DNA of 64,000 bases from Yuukianura sp. NJ FZ-2021 (GCA_046563655.1 CM102285.1:5580001-5644000); one strand, 5' to 3'; shown: positions 1-11,618, counted from the first letter of the stretch. Translations and numbers: made by a program. The notes: a model not told the origin generated them from the letters alone.

Positions 1-98
1 TTCAACGGGTTTGTGGACAGCTGGTCTAAAGGTCGTATCAATTGCCAACTCCCTCCAGAAGATCTATGCTCAACCCTTGAGCATTCCCCTACCTTGTT
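1..98 (+). mobile_element. 3' end of a HINE/DINE-1-like non-autonomous Helentron, same family as 6403-7340
   Basis: Ends ctccagaagatct-atgctcaacccttgagcat (stem-loop)-tcccctaccttgtt, closely matching the reverse complement of 6401-6480. It interrupts the Gypsy ORF. Confidence 0.75.
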
Positions 99-510
99 CT
101 TCTCCTTTCGAAAATGTTTGGACCCAAACGCGTTGACCAATGGTGAACTGACGCTGTTTTGACTTTTGGTCAAACTTTTCCTTTTGTTTAAGTTGGGAGT
201 TGGAGACTGAGGGTTGGACGTCAGGACGAACAAAATCCAACAAGCATTTCAACTTCCTTCCCTGCAATAGTTCGCATGGTGCTACTCCAGTAGTCGAATG
301 AGGGGTGATACGGTAGTTGAAAAGAAAACGTTGGAGAAAGAGTTCTGCATCTCCTGTGGATTTCTTCAAACTTTCCTTGAAGATACGGACGAAGCGTTCC
401 GCTTCCCCATTGGAACGGGGCTGGTAGGCGGAGCTTGTGGAATGACGTATTCCATTCGAAGAACAGAATGTTTTGAATTCGCCAGACGTAAATTGACTTC
501 CGTTGTCGCA
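99..510 (-). pseudogene. Ty3/Gypsy retrotransposon integrase fragment
   Basis: Minus frame reads CDNGSQFTSGEFKTFCSSNGIRHSTSSAYQPRSNGEAERFV...FLFNYRITPHSTTGVAPCELLQGRKL, covering the DNG and GxAER catalytic motifs and a GPY/F-like tail. Cut by satellite A on one side and the HINE on the other. Confidence 0.88.
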
Positions 511-517
511 CGGGTTT

Positions 518-3500
518 TATGTTACAAAGCATTTGAACGAATAGAGTTGTAAAAATTAACAAGGACGTTCCGTCGTGTGACAACATGCAGTTTGATAAGA
601 AATTGTCAAACCAAGTTGGAAATCCGGTGAAACCTCGCTTAACGAATACATTCATCTTGAGACCCAGGGCTATCGCCCCTCGGTAACAATGAATTTTTTT
701 TTCGGCTGAAATTTCTGATGTTGCATAGAGTTGTATATATCATTGAAAAAAATTCCGCTAGAACGTATGTTACAAAGCATTTGAACGAATAGAGTTGTAA
801 AAATTAACAAGGACGTTCCGTCGTGTGACGACATGAAGTTTGGTAAAAAAAAATAGTGAAACCAAGTTGGAGATCTGGTGAAACCTCGCTTAACGAATAC
901 AATCATTTTGAGACCTAGGGCAATCGCCCCTCGGTAACAGTGAATTTTTTTCCGGCTGAAATTTCTGATGTTGCAAAGACTTGTATATATCATTGAAAAA
1001 AATTCCGCTAGAACGTATGTTACAAAGCATTTGAACAAATAGAGTTGTAAAAATTAACAAGGACGTTCCGTCGTGTGACAACATGCAGTTTGATAAGAAA
1101 TTGTCAAAGCAAGTTGGAAATCCGGTGAAACCTCGCTTAACGAATACAATCATCTTGAGACCCAGGGCTATCGCCCCTCGGTAACAATGAATTTTTTTTG
1201 CGGCTGAAATTTCTGATGTTGCATAGAGTTGTATATATCATTGAAAAAAATTCCGCTAGAACGTATGTTACAAAGCATTTGAACGAATAGAGTTGTAAAA
1301 ATTAACAAGGACGTTCCGTCGTGTGACGACATGAAGTTTGGTAAAAAAAAATAGTGAAACCAAGTTGGAGATCTGGTGAAACCTCGCTTAACGAATACAA
1401 TCATTTTGAGACCTAGGGCAATCGCCCCTCGGTAACAGTGAATTTTTTTTCCGGCTGAAATTTCTGATGTTGTATAGAGTTGTATATATCATTGACAAAA
1501 ATTCCGCTAAAACGTATGTTACAAAGCATTTGAACGAATAGAGTTGTAAAAATTAACAAGGACGTTCCGTCGTGTGACAACATGCAGTTTGATAAGAAAT
1601 TGTCAAAGCAAGTTGGAAATCCGGTGAAACCTCGCTTAACGAATACAATCATCTTGAGACCCAGGGCTATCGCCCCTCGGTAACAATGAATTTTTTCTCC
1701 GGCTGAAATTTCTGATGTTGCAAAGAGTTGTATATATCATTGAAAAAAATTCCGCTAGAACGTATGTTAGAAAGCATTTGAACAAATAGAGTTGTAAAAA
1801 TTAACAAGGACGTTCCGTCGTGTGACAACATGCAGTTTGATAAGAAATTGTCAAACCAAGTTGGAAATCCGGTGAAACCTCGCTTAACGAATACAATCAT
1901 CTTGAGACCCAGGGCTATTGCCCCTCGGTAACAATGAATTTTTTTTCCGGCTGAAATTTCTGATGTTGTATAGAGTTGTATATATCATTGAAAAAAATTC
2001 CGCTAGAACGTATGTTACAAAGCATTTGAACAAATAGAGTTGTAAAAATTAACAAGGACGTTCCGTCGTGTGACAACATGCAGTTTGATAAGAAATTGTC
2101 AAACCAAGTTGGAAATCCGGTGAAACCTCGCTTAACGAATACAATCATCTTGAGACCCAGGGCTATCGCCCCTCGGTAACAATGAATTTTTTTCCGGCTG
2201 AAATTTCTGATGTTGTATAGAGTTGTATATATCATTGAAAAAATTCCGCTAGAACGTATGTTACAAAGCATTTGAACGAATAGAGTTGTAAAAATTAACA
2301 AGGACGTTCCGTCGTGTGACAACATGCAGTTTGATAAGAAATTGTCAAAGCAAGTTGGAAATCCGGTGAAACCTCGCTTAACGAATACAATCATCTTGAG
2401 ACCCAGGGCTATCGCCCCTCGGTAACAATGAATTTTTTTTCCGGCTGAAATTTCTGATGTTGCATAGAGTTGTATATATCATTGAAAAAAATTCCGCTAG
2501 AACGTATGTTACAAAGCATTTGAACGAATAGAGTTGTAAAAATTAACAAGGACGTTCCGTCGTGTGACGACATGCAGTTTGGTAAGGAATTGTGAAACCA
2601 AGTTGGAAATCTGGTGAAACCTCGCTTAACGAATACTATCATCTTGAGACCCAGGGCAATCGCCCCTCGCTTAAAGTGAATTTTTTTTCCGGCTGAAATT
2701 TCTGATGTTGTATAGAGTTGTATATATCATTGAAAAAATTCCGCTACAACGTATGTTACAAAGCATTTGAACGAATAGAGTTGTACAAATTAACAAGGAC
2801 GTTCTGTTGTGACAACATGCAGTTTGATAAGAAATTGTCAAAGCAAGTTGGAAATCCGGTGAAACCTCGCTTAACGAATACAATCATCTTGAGACCCAGG
2901 GCTATCGCCCCTCGGTAACAATGAATATTTTCTCCGGCTGAAATTTCTGATGTTGTATAGAGTTGTATATATCATTGACAAAAATTCCGCTAAAACGTAT
3001 GTTACAAAGCATTTGAACGAATAGAGTTGTAAAAATTAACAAGGACGTTCCGTCGTGTGACGACATGCAGTTTGGTAAGGAATTGTGAAACCAAGTTGGA
3101 AATCTGGTGAAACCTCGCTTAACGAATACTATCATCTTGAGACCCAGGGCTATCGCCCCTCGCTTAAAGTGAATTTTTTTCCGGCTGAAATTTCTGATGT
3201 TGTATAGAGTTGTATATATCATTGAAAAAATTCCGCTACAACGTATGTTACAAAGCATTTGAACGAATAGAGTTGTAAAAATTAACAAGGACGTTCCGTT
3301 GTGTGACAACATGCAGTTTGATAAGAAATTGTCAAAGCAAGTTGGAAATCCGGTGAAACCTCGCTTAACGAATACAATCATCTTGAGACCCAGGGCTATC
3401 GCCCCTCGGTAACAATGAATTTTTTCTCCGGCTGAAATTTCTGATGTTGTATAGAGTTGTATATATCATTGACAAAAATTCCGCTAAAACGTATGTTACA

Positions 3501-5632
3501 AAGCATTTGAACGAATAGAGTTGTAAAAATTAACAAGGACGTTCCGTCGTGTGACGACATGCAGTTTGGTAAGGAATTGTGAAACCAAGTTGGAAATCTG
3601 GTGAAACCTCGCTTAACGAATACTATCATCTTGAGACCCAGGGCTATCGCCCCTCGCTTAAAGTGAATTTTTTTTCCGGCTGAAATTTCTGATGTTGTAT
3701 AGAGTTGTATATATCATTGAAAAAATTCCGCTACAACGTATGTTACAAAGCATTTGAACGAATAGAGTTGTAAAAATTAACAAGGACGTTCCGTCGTGTG
3801 ACAACATGCAGTTTGATAAGAAATTGTCAAAGCAAGTTGGAAATCCGGTGAAACCTCGCTTAACGAATACAATCATCTTGAGACCCAGGGCTATCGCCCC
3901 TAGGTAACAATGAATTTTTTTTCCGGCTGAAATTTCTGATGTTGCAAAGAGTTGTATATATCATTGAAAAAAATTCCGCTAGAACGTATGTTACAAAGCA
4001 TTTGAACGAATAGAGTTGTAAAAATTAGCAAGGACGTTCCGTCGTGTGACGACATGAAGTTTGGTAAAAAAAAATAGTGAAACCAAGTTGGAGATCTGGT
4101 GAAACCTCGCTTAACGAATACAATCATTTTGAGACCTAGGGCAATCGCCCCTCGGTAACAGTGAATTTTTTTCCGGCTGAAATTTCTGATGTTGTATAGA
4201 GTTGTATATATCATTGACAAAAATTCCGCTAAAACGTATGTTACAAAGCATTTGAACGAATAGAGTTGTAAAAATTAACAAGGACGTTCCGTCGTGTGAC
4301 GACATGCAGTTTGGTAAGGAATTGTGAAACCAAGTTGGAAATCTGGTGAAACCTCGCTTAACGAATACTATCATCTTGAGACCCAGGGCAATCGCCCCTC
4401 GCTTAAAGTGAATTTTTTTTCCGGCTGAAATTTCTGATGTTGTATAGAGTTGTATATATCATTGAAAAAATTCCGCTACAACGTATGTTACAAAGCATTT
4501 GAACGAATAGAGTTGTACAAATTAACAAGGACGTTCCGTTGTGTGACAACATGCAGTTTGATAAGAAATTGTCAAAGCAAGTTGGAAATCCGGTGAAACC
4601 TCGCTTAACGAATACAATCATCTTGAGACCCAGGGCTATCGCCCCTCGGTAACAATGAATTTTTTCTCCGGCTGAAATTTCTGATGTTGTATAGAGTTGT
4701 ATATATCATTGACAAAAATTCCGCTAAAACGTATGTTACAAAGCATTTGAACGAATAGAGTTGTAAAAATTAACAAGGACGTTCCGTCGTGTGACGACAT
4801 GCAGTTTGGTAAGGAATTGTGAAACCAAGTTGGAAATCTGGTGAAACCTCGCTTAACGAATACTATCATCTTGAGACCCAGGGCTATCGCCCCTCGCTTA
4901 AAGTGAATTTTTTTTCCGGCTGAAATTTCTGATGTTGTATAGAGCTGTATATATCATTGAAAAAATTCCGCTACAACGTATGTTACAAAGCATTTGAACG
5001 AATAGAGTTGTAAAAATTAACAAGGACGTTCCGTCGTGTGACGACATGCAGTTTGGTAAGAAATTGTCAAAGCAAGTTGGAAATCCGGTGAAACCTCGCT
5101 TAACGAATACAATCATCTTGAGACCCAGGGCTATCGCCCCTCGGTAACAATGAATTTTTTTTCCGGCTGAAATTTCTGATGTTGCATAGAGTTGTATATA
5201 TCATTGACAAAAATTCCGCTAAAACGTATGTTACAAAGCATTTGAACGAATAGAGTTGTAAAAATTAACAAGGACGTTCCGTCGTGTGACGACATGCAGT
5301 TTGGTAAGGAATTGTGAAACCAAGTTGGAAATCTGGTGAAACCTCGCTTAACGAATACTATCATCTTGAGACCCAGGGCAATCGCCCCTCGCTTAAAGTG
5401 AATTTTTTTTCCGGCTGAAATTTTTGATGTTGTATAGAGTTGCATATATCATTGAAAAAAATTCCGCTAGAACGTCTGTTACAAAGCATTTGAACGAATA
5501 GAGTTGTAAAAATTAACAAGGACGTTCCGTCGTGTGACGACATGCAGTTTGGTCAGAAATTGTGAAACCAAGTTGGAAATCCGGTGAAACCTCGCTTAAC
5601 GAATACAATCATCTTGAGACCCAGGGCTATCG
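518..5632. repeat. Satellite A, ~248-bp monomer, ~21 copies, partly dimeric higher-order pattern
   Basis: The motif gaccc/tagggc(t/a)atcgcccctc recurs every ~246-251 bp; variant monomers alternate. Confidence 0.97.
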
Positions 5633-5637
5633 AAAAA

Positions 5638-6302
5638 GTCGCTGTGCGAAAATATTTTTAAGTACAATGATTCCAACGCGTGGCACAAAAGTCTAAAAGT
5701 TTTGAAGTTTTATATATAAGTTCTCCTGCTGCGTAAAATATTGGGTATGGTGTGCGAACGCTTTACGATGTCACTGTACGAAAATATTTTCAAGTACAAT
5801 GATTCCAACGCGTGGCACAAAAGTCTAAATGTTTTGAAGGCTTTTATATAAGTTCTCCTGCTGCGTAAAATATTGGGTACGGTATGCGAACGCTTTACGA
5901 TGTCGTTGTGCGAAAATATTTTTAACTACAATGATTCCAACGCGTGGCACAAAAATCTAAAAGTTTTGAAGGCTTTTATATAGTGAGGGGCAATAAAAAG
6001 TAGACACCCGGAAGTTGTTGCTACTGGCAACAAAGCAAACTGTCGTACATACTGGGGGGGAGTTTTTGTCAAACTAATTTTGTTTCAATGGCAACCTTGA
6101 GTTCAAAAGTTTTTTTTCGTGCAATTTGTCGTTAAGTTTCCCCAAGAAACTGAAGAATAAACAGAATGTTATTTTTTTCGGGTGTCTACTTTTTATTGCC
6201 CATCACTGTATAAGTTCTCCTGCTGCGTAAAATATTGGGTATGGCATTCGTAAAATATTGGGTATGGTATGCGAACGCTTTACGATGTCACTGTACGAAA
6301 AT
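5638..6302. repeat. Satellite B (132-bp monomer plus captured MITE), left of the Polinton
   Basis: tggcacaaaa at 5681, 5813 and 5945 gives a period of 132. Confidence 0.95.
5981..6208. mobile_element. Tc1/mariner-type MITE (representative copy; ~29 copies in satellite B)
   Basis: ~30-bp TIRs (c/t)agtgaggggcaataaaaagtagacacccg / cgggtgtctactttttattgcccatcactg, flanked by TA. Empty monomers read ttttatataagttc. Confidence 0.88.
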
Positions 6303-6402
6303 AGTAGAGTGTAGGGTAGGAATTTTGCTCCACTTATTTTTAGCTCAGCTGCAGGGGCTAGTCGGGCGCAATATTGGGGAGTGGAAAACCCTCAAAATCT
6401 AA
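6303..6402 (+). repeat. Polinton left TIR, outer 100 bp (continues at ~7341-7379 after the HINE)
   Basis: Exact reverse complement of 15828-15927. Confidence 0.95.
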
Positions 6403-7340
6403 CAAGGTAGGGCGATACTCAAGGGTTGAGCATAGGTCTTCTGGAGGGAGCTGACAATTGATACGACATTTAGACCGCCCTACCGCAAAACTGTGGACGA
6501 ACTGAGAAACTGTTTTCATGGGATTGAAGCCCTAAAACGTCGCTGAACATTTTCAGTGCGAATATGAAATCCTATTTTGTGCATGAGTTGCTCCAAAATT
6601 GTCTTGGCAATTCTACCGTTTAATTGAACCAAAATCATGTTAACGTTTTGAGGCCCAAAATATCTGCACTGAATTGATGTTGTTAATTTAGTGTGCACAA
6701 AATTGAACGTTTAGGAGAAGGAGTCCAATATCGTTCGTGATTGATGTTCTTAATTTGTTGAGGAAGATGCACATAATGTATTGTCGATGTTGCCATGGCA
6801 ATGCTCAAGGTAGTTCTCAAACCTGGACAAACCGTCAATTGTGTGCATCATGCACAAAATTGTACGTTGTAGGGTAGGGGTCGAATATCGTTTCTTTAAA
6901 ATCAAAATTATAAAAATTTCTTGTGAATGCAAATTTCAACCCTCCCGTTCGATGATTACGTGTTACGAATTTAAACCGGATTTTGAGCCCTCTCATCAGT
7001 CCCAAATTAACAACGTAAATAAACGTACTACCAGAAAATGACCAGATCAAAACTCCGTTGTTTAAAAATATTTTGAGTGCAATCGAAACTAAAACATTTC
7101 GGCGAGCCACGATACTGCGGGTACGTAAAGTAGCCGCCTGCTTCTACGTTGTTAATGTACGAGGTTGAGTGCAATGTAGACCTACTGGAAACTCTTGAGC
7201 CATACATAACCCCCCGACTGCGATGGGGCTAATGTTTCAGTGCAAAAGATCTTAAAAAGTGTGACGGACGGACAGACGGACAGACAAAGTCGTATCAATA
7301 GTCTTCTTCAGCATGTCGTAGACATGCGTCTCCAGAAGAC
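6403..7340 (-). mobile_element. HINE/DINE-1-like non-autonomous Helentron inserted in the Polinton left TIR
   Basis: Subterminal IRs gtcttctggag / ctccagaagac, GTCT/GTCC microsatellite at ~7263-7285, 3' stem-loop followed by cttgtt, inserted in a T-run. The right TIR shows the empty site. Confidence 0.82.
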
Positions 7341-7670
7341 TAAAAACGACAAAACATTGACAAAAATATCAACATCAAAAATATCAACAACAAAAATGTC
7401 AACGACAAATAGGTCAAACCCACAAAACAATAATAATTCAGCCCTTTTCTTGGAAAACACTCGTTTCTGTTGAAAAACGTTTTTGAGTTGTCCGTTTAAT
7501 CCTTTTTTCCAAGGAAATTTAAGTCGTTGGAATTGCTAAAAATAGAAAAAGGGTCAAACTTCTACCTGAAAATTTGAGATAAAAAGGCTGCTAAAATGCT
7601 CAGCAAACCATCAGTCTCATCTCGGCTTCACTTGAAACTTCTACTAAAAAACTACTCCTCAAGTACTACA

Positions 7671-8096
7671 ATGGTTGAAGCATACGCCGCAGGATTCGTA
7701 AGCAAGACTCTTGAAGACCGGGTCAAATGCTGGTGGAAGCTAGAAGATGGAGAATACAAAGTCTTCATCAAGAAGGATCGCTACTACACTACAATCGAAA
7801 TGAAGGAAATTCCGTTCTTCGTTTCGAAGCTGATTCTCTTCTACCTCTCTACGGGTCATCCAATGAGTGAGCTGCCAAACTTTGAACTATTGCTGTTGGA
7901 TTGCAAGGAGCGTTATGCGGAAAAGGGTCAACCGTCAAAGAAGCCGAAAATGGACATTGTGGCTGAAGCGATGAGTAAAGCTGTCTGGAACCGAAAATCG
8001 CCGTCACTCAAGTCTCGTCTGAATTCTATTCCCGAAGAAGAAGACTATGACGAAGTCGATACACAAAAATACTGGATTGAAGACACGAAATTTTAA
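7671..8096 (+). CDS. Polinton ORF of unknown function (alternative start at 7596)
   Basis: Open frame inside the element, preceded by gataaaa and TCAGT and followed by aataaa. No recognisable motif. Confidence 0.55.
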   Translation: MVEAYAAGFVSKTLEDRVKCWWKLEDGEYKVFIKKDRYYTTIEMKEIPFFVSKLILFYLSTGHPMSELPNFELLLLDCKERYAEKGQPSKKPKMDIVAEAMSKAVWNRKSPSLKSRLNSIPEEEDYDEVDTQKYWIEDTKF

Positions 8097-8264
8097 GCCC
8101 TTTTAGAAAGACATTTTGAACGCTATTTATACTTTAGAAATATTTCAAATTTTTTGCAAATTTTTTTAGTTTTAAGAATTGTAAAAATAAATTTTTGACT
8201 AAAACCGAAATGGTATTTACACGCTCGTCCTTCATTCTAAACGTTTAGTCTAAATCTAGCCGCC

Positions 8265-8969
8265 ATGGGAGACTTTTACGTGACTCTCCAGAGTGATTCT
8301 TCCTCAAATCATTATAAAGAAAACACAATTACAAATTTTAGAAATCATTTCGCTGAGACAATTCGATTAGAGGGTGTAAAATACGAGGTGGCGTTAGTAG
8401 AGTGTACATATGTTCATCACGAGTATATGCTGCACAAGGAAGGGTGGCTTCGACAAGTTGGTAGCGGGTCAATGTTTGATTTGCTCAGCATTTCCTCCGA
8501 AGACGCTGCATTGGTTCGGACAGCAGACGATCTTGCAAAACGTGTATCAGATAATATCGTACAAATTGAAATTAGAAATTCGAGAGCCAGATTTGTCAAG
8601 AAACCTGCTAAATCCTTTGTAAGGTTTAACGAAGAGGCTACTAAAATTCTTGGATACGATGAAGGAAAACAGAGTTTCGACTATGAAGTTTTTGAGCCTA
8701 GTGGACATACACAACTTTTCATCTACTGCAGTATAATTGAAAACCAACGTGTTGGAGGTGACCTTGCCCCACTGTTGAGGAAAATTTCAAATACTGGTGA
8801 CCACAAAAAGGTTGTGACCCGATCGTTTCAACATCTCCAATACATAGACGTTGTATTTGACGATATTGATCATATATGGATGTACATCATGACGGAATCT
8901 GGTGATCCACCAGCATTTACAGTCGGAACTTTTTCGGCAACTCTCCACTTTCGACGGAAGCGATACTGA
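8265..8969 (+). CDS. Polinton minor capsid (penton-like) protein
   Basis: N-terminal FYVTLQSDSS..Y..NTITNF...L.G..YEVALVE and C-terminal LFIYCSIIE.Q.VG...APLLR...LHFRR motifs. Confidence 0.82.
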   Translation: MGDFYVTLQSDSSSNHYKENTITNFRNHFAETIRLEGVKYEVALVECTYVHHEYMLHKEGWLRQVGSGSMFDLLSISSEDAALVRTADDLAKRVSDNIVQIEIRNSRARFVKKPAKSFVRFNEEATKILGYDEGKQSFDYEVFEPSGHTQLFIYCSIIENQRVGGDLAPLLRKISNTGDHKKVVTRSFQHLQYIDVVFDDIDHIWMYIMTESGDPPAFTVGTFSATLHFRRKRY

Positions 8970-9035
8970 CGAGTATAAAACCAGCTCTCTCAAAAAATTT
9001 GCAATCATTAACTCTTCAAACGTCAAACTGGCAAC

Positions 9036-10415
9036 ATGTACAAATGCAACTTGAGCGAGGAAGATTTTTTCAGAATATACAATCCCCAGAGAGGAGGGGC
9101 TGTGGGATCAGACGGAGCCGTTTTCTTCAAAGCCAATCAGTTTTCAATGAGAAGTGAAACTGACATTTTCAGTGAACCCGAAATGGACGTTAGTCTGCAA
9201 AGTAGTGGAATGTTTGAGTATCATCCACTGTCAACGCTAAGTGAAAATGGAGGCCCAATTTCTTTTCAAGTGAAGGGCAATGACGTTCACTATGTGGATC
9301 TTAGTGAAACTTTGTTATATGTTCGCTGTAAAATTTTAAAAGCAAATCAAGATCCACTCGATGATAGAGCTACAATGCGAATTGCTCCAGTCAACAACTT
9401 TTTACATTCCTTGTTTCAGCAGTGCTCTGTGTTTCTAAATGAAACACAAATTACCCCCACAATGTCGCTCTATCCTTATCGAGCATACATTGAGACTGTG
9501 CTTGCTTATGGTGGAGACTACAAAGATACACAAGCAGTTACAGCTCTTTATTTGAGAGAAGAAGACAATTTGACTGACACTGACGCTTCCCACAAAAAGA
9601 GACAAGAATTGGCAACCAAGGGGTTGGATATGATTGGACGACCGTTTGCAGACATCTTTGCACAAACTCGATACTTGCTTCCTGGAATTGACATTAGAGT
9701 TACTTTCAACCGCTCCACTGAAGAATTTGCACTCCACTCTCAGGCAGACAATACAAATCGCTACAAAATCAGCATGACTGAAGCAAGACTTTTAGTTAAA
9801 AAACACACACTGCTGCCGAATATTTTGAATTGTCATTTGAAAATGTGGACAAATGGACAGCCAGCATGCTATCCAATGCGACGGATTGAGATGAAAACGT
9901 ACAGTCTACCCCTTGGAACTCTGTCAAATGTCAATGAAAACTTGATTAGTGGACTACTCCCCGACAGAATTATACTTTGTCTGGTTCAAAGTGAAAAAAT
10001 GAACGGAACTCTAACTACAAATCCATTTGACTTTAAACCGCCAGAGTTGAGACAAATTTCTGTGACAGCAAATGGAGAACAACTTTACCATCAAGTTTAC
10101 CAATACAGCAGTGATGGAGACGTTCGCGTTTCTGAAGCATACTATGGCATGTTTAATGGACTTGGACTGAGCGCTAGCAATGAAGGACCTGCCATTAGCC
10201 TTTCCGAGTTTACAAATGGAAAAGCTTTTTTCATTTTTAACCTCAGAAACATGAATCAAGGCTACTGTCCTCCAAGACATGGGAGTATAAAAATCGTTGT
10301 TCAGTTTGCAAAGGGGATCACTGAAGCCTGGAACGTCATTTGTCACGCTGACTTTCAATCGACGCTCTACATAGACGAAGGAAAGAACGTGTTCTTCAAG
10401 GATTATTCTCACTAA
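9036..10415 (+). CDS. Polinton major capsid protein (double jelly-roll), 459 aa
   Basis: SETDIF...EYHP...GPISF...YVDLSETLLYVRCKI...PVNNFLHSLF...YPYRAYIETVL...TNPFDF motifs. Confidence 0.88.
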   Translation: MYKCNLSEEDFFRIYNPQRGGAVGSDGAVFFKANQFSMRSETDIFSEPEMDVSLQSSGMFEYHPLSTLSENGGPISFQVKGNDVHYVDLSETLLYVRCKILKANQDPLDDRATMRIAPVNNFLHSLFQQCSVFLNETQITPTMSLYPYRAYIETVLAYGGDYKDTQAVTALYLREEDNLTDTDASHKKRQELATKGLDMIGRPFADIFAQTRYLLPGIDIRVTFNRSTEEFALHSQADNTNRYKISMTEARLLVKKHTLLPNILNCHLKMWTNGQPACYPMRRIEMKTYSLPLGTLSNVNENLISGLLPDRIILCLVQSEKMNGTLTTNPFDFKPPELRQISVTANGEQLYHQVYQYSSDGDVRVSEAYYGMFNGLGLSASNEGPAISLSEFTNGKAFFIFNLRNMNQGYCPPRHGSIKIVVQFAKGITEAWNVICHADFQSTLYIDEGKNVFFKDYSH

Positions 10416-10939
10416 TGGACACTACTCAAATTTACCAATTTCTATCAAATATGACTCGTGGAACAAGAGCATATTTCAATGTAATTCCATGCGACCTGCT
10501 GGCAAAGCTAACAATTGCTCGCTTTCCAGCCTTCCTGGTTGTAAACAACAAGCCTTCAAATCATCCTGGGGAACATTGGGTGGCAATCTACATTGGAGGC
10601 AGGACTGGACCAATCATCTTCTTTTGCTCTTATGGACTTGGACTGGACTTTTACCCTGACGATTTTAGAAATTTTGTAAATAAGTTTTCATGTAAAATTT
10701 TGGAAAACACTAGACCATTGCAAGCTATTGATTCTGATGTTTGCGGACAATATGCAATTTATTTTTTGTATAAAATGATGCATGGCTGTTGTATTTTATC
10801 TACTTATTGTCACTTTTCTCCCAATAGAAATTTAAATGATAAAAAAGTACGAAAATTTGTTACATTGAAAAATCATTTATTGAATTCAAATTGTAAATTT
10901 AAACACAAAATAATAAATCAGTGTTGTATAAAATTGTAA
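10415..10939 (+). CDS. Adenain-like cysteine maturation protease
   Basis: GEHWVAIY (His) and LQ...SDVCGQYAIYFL (Gln, Cys). Start overlaps the capsid stop (TAATG). Confidence 0.88.
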   Translation: MDTTQIYQFLSNMTRGTRAYFNVIPCDLLAKLTIARFPAFLVVNNKPSNHPGEHWVAIYIGGRTGPIIFFCSYGLGLDFYPDDFRNFVNKFSCKILENTRPLQAIDSDVCGQYAIYFLYKMMHGCCILSTYCHFSPNRNLNDKKVRKFVTLKNHLLNSNCKFKHKIINQCCIKL

Positions 10940-10959
10940 ATTTTTTGTTGTCTTCAAAT

Positions 10960-11616
10960 TTATTCCCAATTGGCTGGAGGTATCCATTCTTCTAGAAAGG
11001 TGTAATCCAATCGAGGCCGTTTCCTAGGGGAGCTTTTTCGAGTTTTTCCAGGAGTGTCGGAGTCGTCTTCATTAAAGTGGTGAAGATGTGTTTTTGGCAG
11101 AAGAGACAATGGAAATCCTTTTGAGATTAAAAAGCATTTGATTGGCTCGAGTTCAGTCTTTGAAATTTTGCATCTTCCATTTGACAGTTTCTTTAGAATT
11201 GAATCAAATGTTGAAAGTGGTAGCGATCCACCGTCAAACGACACAACGCCTGAAGCTAGTGTCGCTCCATTGTCAATAAAAAACTGTAAAAGATGAACTC
11301 CAACTCTAGTACGACCGCCAAAGTCAAATTTCTCTTCTGGAGGTGGTTTTGCTGGAACATCTGCTGGAGTACCCACTGATGAAATTTCTACATGCGGCTC
11401 TTGTATTGGTTTGACATCTGGCTTTTCACGTTTTTTCTTGTCTGCCAATCGTCGTAAAACGTCTTGAAGTAATATGTTTTGAATTTCTTCCGAATCTTTT
11501 AGGTTCAGCAGCTGATTCTTTTCATTTTCCAGTCGTCCCACTTCAGTTGGTTTAGAAGATTGAGATATTAGACGCTCAAAGTCTGCCTCAGTAATAACCT
11601 TCAATTTTGTGGGCAT
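10960..11616 (-). CDS. Polinton hypothetical protein, 218 aa
   Basis: ATG-initiated ORF directly downstream of the QxGGFL gene, with a charged, helical-looking N-terminus. Confidence 0.65.
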   Translation of the reverse strand: MPTKLKVITEADFERLISQSSKPTEVGRLENEKNQLLNLKDSEEIQNILLQDVLRRLADKKKREKPDVKPIQEPHVEISSVGTPADVPAKPPPEEKFDFGGRTRVGVHLLQFFIDNGATLASGVVSFDGGSLPLSTFDSILKKLSNGRCKISKTELEPIKCFLISKGFPLSLLPKTHLHHFNEDDSDTPGKTRKSSPRKRPRLDYTFLEEWIPPANWE

Positions 11617-11618
11617 GT

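Noticed and set aside
70..98. QGRGMLKG as the integrase C-terminus
   Set aside because: This is read-through into the inserted HINE.
518..5632. Repeated minus-strand ORFs MIVFVKRGFT...
   Set aside because: Translations of the satellite monomer, with homopolymer frameshifts between copies.
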